A stretch of DNA of 64,000 nt, from positions 75,578,001 through 75,642,000 of the forward strand of contig OZ024747.1 in assembly GCA_964016885.1 (NCBI GenBank). Reading direction: 5' to 3'. The notes under the pieces are model-generated. The model ran no database searches, was not told the DNA's origin, and worked only from the letters and a program-made list of their open reading frames with translations. Positions 55,871 through 64,000 of this stretch are shown here, piece after piece (positions within the stretch are counted from its first letter, which is position 1; each line of letters starts with the position of its first letter). The stretch comes from Eledone cirrhosa. Taxonomy: Eukaryota. Made by a program: the position numbers and the translations under genes.

Positions 55871-56345
55871 TGTATATATAGTGCATTTTGCAATACACTG
55901 TATGCTTAATTAATAGCATTTTGAAGACCATACGCTATTGCTTTAAAGTAGTGACAATGTCACTTACTTAAATCTTCAGCAAGCAGGGGACATAAGCTGA
56001 CAGAGCTCTGTTTCGTATTTGTTGGTACTTATCAAAGCTCCCTACTCTTCATGTTTGCTGAAAATTATGTGTGTTGGATTTTTATAGAAGTCCAGTAATA
56101 ATCAGGAACTGATTATACAGAGTGGTCGCCGGTCCAGCAGAAATTGAAAATTAGAATTGGTGCTCTGAAAGTACGAAACAGAGCTCTGTTTGCTGAAGAT
56201 TTAAGTAAGTGACATTGTCACTACTTTAAAACAATAGCGTATGGTCTTCAACATGCTTTTAATTAAGCATATAGTGTATTGCAAAATACACTATATATAC
56301 ATTCATATATATATCGCTATTTCAGAGCACCAATTCTAATTTTAA
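55860..56345. mobile_element. Doubly inverted HHR element in (TA)n
   Basis: Arms at about 55860-55982 and 56191-56313. The tail 56320-56341 also occurs inverted at 56149-56170. GAAA-CAGAGCTCTG-T motif in both orientations. Confidence 0.65.
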
Positions 56346-56365
56346 TATATAGATATACATGTATA

Positions 56366-56789
56366 TACAGGGTAGGCGAAAGAAACTCTCTAATTAAAAT
56401 TGTTAATGACTTTATTAGTTGATTTTACTAAAACATGTATAATTTTGTACAGTATATTGGCAGTGTTAAAATTCTACATAGGTACCAGCGTTGGGAACTA
56501 CTGTTTATAATTGTCTGGGTATATCCTCGACTGACTTCATCAGGAACTCAGGCTGTATCTTGGTCAGTACATAACGAATACATTCCTCCTATTGCTGGCC
56601 ATTCATGTAGACCTCGGCGATCTAGGCAACGTCCTGGAAATTGGACGTCTAACCACACACGGACAGTACGTGAAAAATGAGGAGGGAGCCCCTTCTACAA
56701 AAATAGGGGGTCTTTGCTGTTGCTCGGAGGGGTCATGGTAGGCCAAACATCTTCAATGTTCGATAGGGATTTTTTGCACACACCTTGTA
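56366..56789. mobile_element. Possible Tc1/mariner-type MITE
   Basis: TACAGGGTAGGCGAAAGAAACTCTCTA and TAGGGATTTTTTGCACACACCTTGTA are loosely inverted and TA-flanked. Confidence 0.4.
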
Positions 56790-56808
56790 TATGAATATAT
56801 ATATATGA

Positions 56809-57903
<1,095 letters not shown>

Positions 57904-57914
57904 TATATATATAT

Positions 57915-58131
57915 AGTAATAATAATAAATTTGAAGACTAAATTCCAAAGAGGGCTCGATAAGGACAAATATATATCAAATATATAAGAATCCTAGAGCA
58001 AATATTTATTAAAAATAGATAGGTCTACTGATTAGATCTAAAAACAATAATGGAGATATAAAGGTGAATATTTAGGTGCCCACGAATGGATCCGTGTATG
58101 TGTGTTGTAAATGCGTATGAATACACACACA

Positions 58132-58223
<92 letters not shown>

Positions 58224-58548
58224 TATTTATTTATTAAAATAACAGATTAAAGTTTAAGCAAAGAATCGCTGCTTTCACCCTTAACGGGATCTTCTGAAAG
58301 TAATTTTTTTTATTTTTTTTTAGTTTCAGAAGATCCCGTTAAGGGTGAAAGCAGCGATTCTTTGCTTAAACTTTAATCTGTTATTTTAATAAATAAATAT
58401 ATATATATGTATGTATGTGTGTGTGTGTGTGTGTGTATTCATACGCATTTACAACGCACATACACGGATACATTCGTGGGCACCTAAATATTCACCTTTA
58501 TATCTCCATTATTGTTTTTAGATCTAATCAGTAGGCCTATCTATTTTA
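57915..58548. mobile_element. Family C hairpin with an inverted duplication of flanking DNA
   Basis: Palindrome about 58012-58548 centred near 58310, with the family C tail at 57915-58015. Confidence 0.7.
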
Positions 58549-58738
58549 TATATTTTCACACACACTCACACACACATACACACACACGCATACACACACA
58601 CACACACGCCGCAAACACATACGCACACAATTACATAGACTAACACACAAACACACATGCACACTAACGCTTACACACACACATATTTATATATATATGG
58701 ATATACATACATAGAGATATGTATATATATTCATATCA

Positions 58739-58773
<35 letters not shown>

Positions 58774-59531
58774 GGATATACATACATAGAGATATGTATA
58801 TATATTTATATATTATACATATATTTATGTATAGGAGTGTGTGAGGAAACATTATGTATGCGCCTGAGTGAATATACACACATGCATTATACATACCGCT
58901 AATAATAGCAACAATAACAAGATTCAGCTCCAACGCTGTATACTTGTATGTGAGTTTACTTGTTTATTGGAGATTGGGATATCTCATTAAATATAGTGTG
59001 TCAGATATTTATTACTAGTTTTCAGCTACGTTCTCTTGATCTACATATTTTTCAATATGCCGAGATCGATGTGTGATATCGAATATATTTCTGATGCCTT
59101 GTTATTTAAAAAAAAATTATATCTCTTTCTTTATTCACTTGTGTTTTGTACAACTCTAAATATAGCCTAGTTTTTACAGGGCTTATTATATAGCCTTATT
59201 TATATACTCCTACCTTAGTAGTGAAAATAATTATATTCTTAGTCACATTTCTACTTTAGTTACGAGACTAATTATGGCAGTAGTATAAATCCTACATTAT
59301 TACTTTAAAATTTACAGTCCTTCTTGAGGCTAGAGTTTAACACACTTACACGAACCGGTAAGTGAGTGAGAAAACAAAATCTTTAAATATCCTGGACTGG
59401 ACGCCAGTAGCTCTTAAGCTTAGCTCTCCACTGCTGATGGTACTTATTTCTTTCAGCTAATTAAATTGGAGTGTGGAGAAATGATACGCTTTGCTAAAGA
59501 ATATAAGGTACGACACGGTCTGGAAATCGAA

Positions 59532-61059
59532 CTTCTTCTTCTTGGGCCTGTACAGGTTATGTTCAAAAAGATGAAAACCAGCCACTCTACACCCACTTAG
59601 TGCTGGTGGATTGCTGTATTGTGGAAGCATAATACCTACTTTGTATATATTCCTTTCAGTTTGCATGATATTGATACAGCTATACAAACTCCATCTCTTA
59701 TATTTTCTTTAAGTTTAGAGATATATTTTCTCTGCTTTTGTTTTGAATTTAAAATATAACGACTTTTCGTTGGTCGTCTTTTTTGTGTATGAAGGAGAGA
59801 ATAGTACAGTTGCTATAGACTTGTGCTATCTGTTTATCAGGTTTTAAAAACACAAATTATCAATAATTGTTTCTTTTATCGCCACCCAGCAGTGATGCCT
59901 TTTTCTTGGAGGTATAAACATATAAATACTTACGAAATAGGAGTTACCAAGAATAAAAATCAAATCTTGAACTTATCTGGTATTTAAACCAGAGTTCTGG
60001 CCTAAAAGAACTTTATCTCTCTATATTGAAGATATGTAGCTGGTTGAATAATTGTAGTGTTTTACTCATATTTATTCACTCCAATTAAATATAAAGTCAA
60101 AGCTTGAAAATATAAAAATTCATCCTGAGAATCCATAAGAAATATACTAAAAAGTGTAAAGCATTTAGTTTAACGTTTCGTCATTTATGTCACAGATAAA
60201 TCTGGTACAAGTGTTGCCACTAATATATTTGATACATGTTTCCAGGTTTGACGGCATCGAATAATAGCCTGTGAGATACAATAGTCAGTACATTACATGT
60301 CGTTGAGATTGTCTTTAACGAGAACTTTTCCTATATATTCCACCTACTTAGATGATTGTTTTACTGAGTTTTCGCCTTTAGTCGTGGCTGGAATGGTATT
60401 TGTCTAACGCGAGAAGAAAGAATTTCAAACCTGAAATAGAAGAAGAACAATTCGAAAGATTTTTAACTTCCATTTTAAATAACTGGAGTATTCGGTAATC
60501 ATTCACCACAGAGAATATAAGATTTATTACGATATTATATAGTAAATTGTATCAATAACTCACGACTTCAATTACTGAACTGAATGTGAAAACCAGTAAA
60601 GCACTCTCTTAGGATTGATATGTTTGATCTATGTTCACCATGGATTGCTAACTGTCGTTTTAAGTGATAAGCGGCGAAATGTAAGCAATGCTGCCAACTA
60701 AAACTTGATGTGGTTTTATCCTACATACAAGCATCATACACAATATAATATTCTTACAAATCTATAGCAACTGTACTATTCTCTACTATGTACACAAAGA
60801 AGATGACCAACCAAAAGTCGTTATATTTTAAATGCAATACAAAACCAGAGAGAATATATCTCTAAACTTAAAGAAAAAATATTTAAGGCCAAGTCGAAGA
60901 GATAGGGTTGTATAGCTGTATCAATATTATGCAAACTGAAATGAATATATACAGGTAAATATTATACGTCCTCGATTCCGCCAGCACTAACCGAGTGAGT
61001 GTAGGGTGGCTGGTTTTCGTCTTTTTGAACATAACTTGTACAGGCCCAAGAAGAAGAAG
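59532..61059. mobile_element. Long-TIR non-autonomous element (fold-back type), old
   Basis: Diverged inverted repeats of about 290 bp (59532-59824 and 60755-61059) starting CTTCTTCTTCTTGGGCCTGTACA. No TSD or ORF seen. Confidence 0.65.
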
Positions 61060-61973
61060 AGGTAGAGTTGATGACTTTGGTATATATTAGTATTTTTGTG
61101 TTGTTTAATCAAGATGGGAAGACCCGCCTAGTTTGGTAGGAAACGAAGTTATCCTCAAATTGGAGACCTGATCCAAATGATTGCAGCAAGGTGGCATCCT
61201 ATAAAGGTACTTAAGGCTCTGGTAGTAGAGTAATACCAGTAGATGGATTACGTCAAACATCCAACAAGGCCACATTGAGATGAGAAATCAGAATGCAAAA
61301 CCCCTGAATAAATACAGCATCGCATGCATGTCGTTCGACACAGTAAATATTTGACCAGATCACTGGCGTTCTACGTTATTTTATTGACCCCTCAAATTAT
61401 GGAATGTCAAGGTTGCTGATATTTGACGGATATCGCCATAAACTTCATGGTCCATTATTTTAATATTGTATATATTTGTATGCACATATTGAAAAAGGTT
61501 TATGGGGCTTGATGCTAGCTTGATTTCATACCATCATCAGATAAAATAACCTATACCGATAGTTGTAAAACTGAAGATAATGTAAATAAGTGTCTCTTTA
61601 TTTATGCTATAAACCTCGAAATATTTCGTAGATAAAACTTCCAAGTAACTCGAAAATGCTTATTTCATACTTTTAAAAGCTTTCTGGTAACAATATTGCA
61701 AACAAGTTATAGCTAATCAGCTTTGTGAAATTATTATTCATAGTTTACACCATACTATTAGAGAACGAATTTTCAGTGAACATATCATAGTTGATTTTTG
61801 CACAGAAATTATAGCCGAAGATAATGAAGAGGTTCAAGATGTTATATAGAATTTAGAAGTTAGTAATAAACTGACAAGCTACTAACTATTCTGTATTGTG
61901 TGAGTTTGTGTATGTGTGTGTGTTTGTGTGTGTTTGTGTGTGTATATGTATATATATGTATATATGTATACGT

Positions 61974-62034
<61 letters not shown>

Positions 62035-62093
62035 TATATGTATGTATATGTATATATGAATATGTGTGTATATGTATGTACAGATATATTCAT

Positions 62094-62140
<47 letters not shown>

Positions 62141-62234
62141 TATTTATATGTAAATATATATATATATATACGTATATATATGTGTATATAAGTATATATT
62201 TATATATGTACACACACCCATATATATATATATA

Positions 62235-62312
62235 GTAAAAAATTGAACGGGAACAAAACAGAGAGGCAGTACGAACAAAGGTTTATTAGTTTCACGCTCT
62301 TGAGAGTGGGGT

Positions 62313-62314
<2 letters not shown>
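62235..62314 (-). mobile_element. 80-bp 3' tip of the same PLE family as 19724-22380
   Basis: Reverse complement matches about 22299-22380 (CCACCCCACTCTCAAGAGCGTGAAA..AATAAAC..GTACTGCCTCTCTGTTTTGTTCC). Confidence 0.85.
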
Positions 62315-62352
<38 letters not shown>

Positions 62353-62513
62353 TATATGTATGTATATGTATATATGAATATGTGTGTATATGTATGTACA
62401 GATATATTAATGGATATATATATATATATACACATATATTTATATGTAAATATATATATATATACGTATATATACATATGTATATAAGTATATATTTATA
62501 TATGTACACACAT

Positions 62514-62559
<46 letters not shown>

Positions 62560-63384
62560 AAGTAGATAATAATTGTATGTATTTGTTTGTGAATGGAACA
62601 CAGAAATTTTATGGCCCAAAATTTGTGAGAATCACATCAGAATAGTTCTATTATATTCCTATATTATATATTGTTATGGTGTTCTTTGTTGACCCTAGAA
62701 TATCATGCAATGAAGTCGTAGATATGTTGCGTTTTTGTGGTATAAACAATATAATAGGAAATAATCAATATATGTATTGATTTTTTTTTTACATAATCAC
62801 ACACTGTCGGATTAGAAAGGATAGGAAATTAAACAATGTGATGCTCATAAATTTCTTGCTAGCGTAAATCATGACAGTGTAGTTAACATGTAAATGACTG
62901 TAGCTAGAGATTGAAACCGTGTTTGTTTGTTGTTCCACCAGTGAATTACCAAGTATGTATGTATGGTCCCGTAACTCTCTACTGAGGGAGATATAAGGGC
63001 CATCGTATTGACATGTGTGTGTGTGTGTGTGTGACAGCTCACACCTATGCAGGTTTAGCTGGCCTCCTCCAAGGTATATCTCGTTGGAGGTGTCTTGGGT
63101 GATTTAATTACAGGGGCCCCAGTCCTATCATCAAACTTCTACAGCTGAGCAACATGAAATAAAGTGTCTTGCTCAAGGAAACAACACATCACCCGGTCCG
63201 AGAATTGAACTCACAACCTTTCGATTGCAAGCCAAATGCTCTAACCACTAAGCCATACGCCTTCACATTGACATACTGCGTATTTTAAAACAAAAGTGGA
63301 GCCCATCTCCTCTCCAGGTCTGAATACTGTAGATTTCTTCCAGAGAAGGATACAGAGTGAACGTATGGAACTGAGAAAGTGATA

Positions 63385-63549
63385 GAGGAAGAATCGACTC
63401 AGCACTAAACCGATACCTCTTGTATCGTCCTTGAATGGATGAAAGGCAAATTTGACCTCGACGGGAGTTGAACCCAGAGAAGCAGAGATACGAAACGAAT
63501 ACTGTAAAGCACTCTATCCGACGTTCTAACGACTCTACCAACTCGCCAC
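63385..63549 (-). mobile_element. SINE family 1
   Basis: GGATGAAAGGCAAATTTGACCTCGACGGGAGTTGAAC...ACTCGCC. Confidence 0.7.
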
Positions 63550-64000
63550 ATTCACCACTGATTTACCATATTGAAACGTTGACAACACGGTGCATTGATA
63601 TATGTTTACTTTTGAATCGATAAAAGATCTACCTTTCTAAGGAGATTTATAAACTGAAATACACAAGCATTTATTTCTAAGAATATACAAGTTGTTTGTG
63701 AAATAAAATTACATCAACCGTGAATATAAGAGATATTACAACTTATTTACGGTATCTTTCTATAATATTAGTATATAGTATTTCTTTTTCCCTCACAAGA
63801 CACACGGCCGCATATTTCAAGAGAAGGAGAAACGGATATTCTGATATTTATGCATTTCCCTATGATATTTAGAGCTTAATTGAAATGATTTCAATGAGTT
63901 ACCGAAGTAGCTTCGTAGTCTCCATTTGCCAAGACTTTGCACTTACTAACATTGGGTTCACTGTCACATTATCAATCTATTCAAATGTCACATTTGTATA

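Overview
Eukaryotic, AT-rich, repeat-dense window with no recognisable host gene. The SINE families and microsatellite load suggest a cephalopod (octopus-like) genome; this is inference from memory, not a search. It contains two large satellites (22-bp unit at 1-3.8 kb, 42-bp unit at 10.3-14.1 kb), many tRNA-derived SINEs, two 5'-truncated Tx1/L1-clade LINE copies, several MITEs (one hAT with an 8-bp TSD) and a decayed Penelope-like element (RT thumb, Cys linker, GIY-YIG). Nearly all long ORFs in the track are repeat read-through. The main signal is a population of short elements lodged in (TA)n/(CA)n tracts that carry type I hammerhead ribozyme (HHR) motifs: about a dozen complete or near-complete cores plus several half-cores, from many unrelated families. 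Two are apparently non-coding units of about 488 and 693 nt repeated in permuted or partial-tandem form (retrozyme-like). Many are fold-back palindromes whose inversion or truncation point lies in HHR stem II. All folds were read by eye, coordinates are approximate, and no ribozyme activity has been shown.
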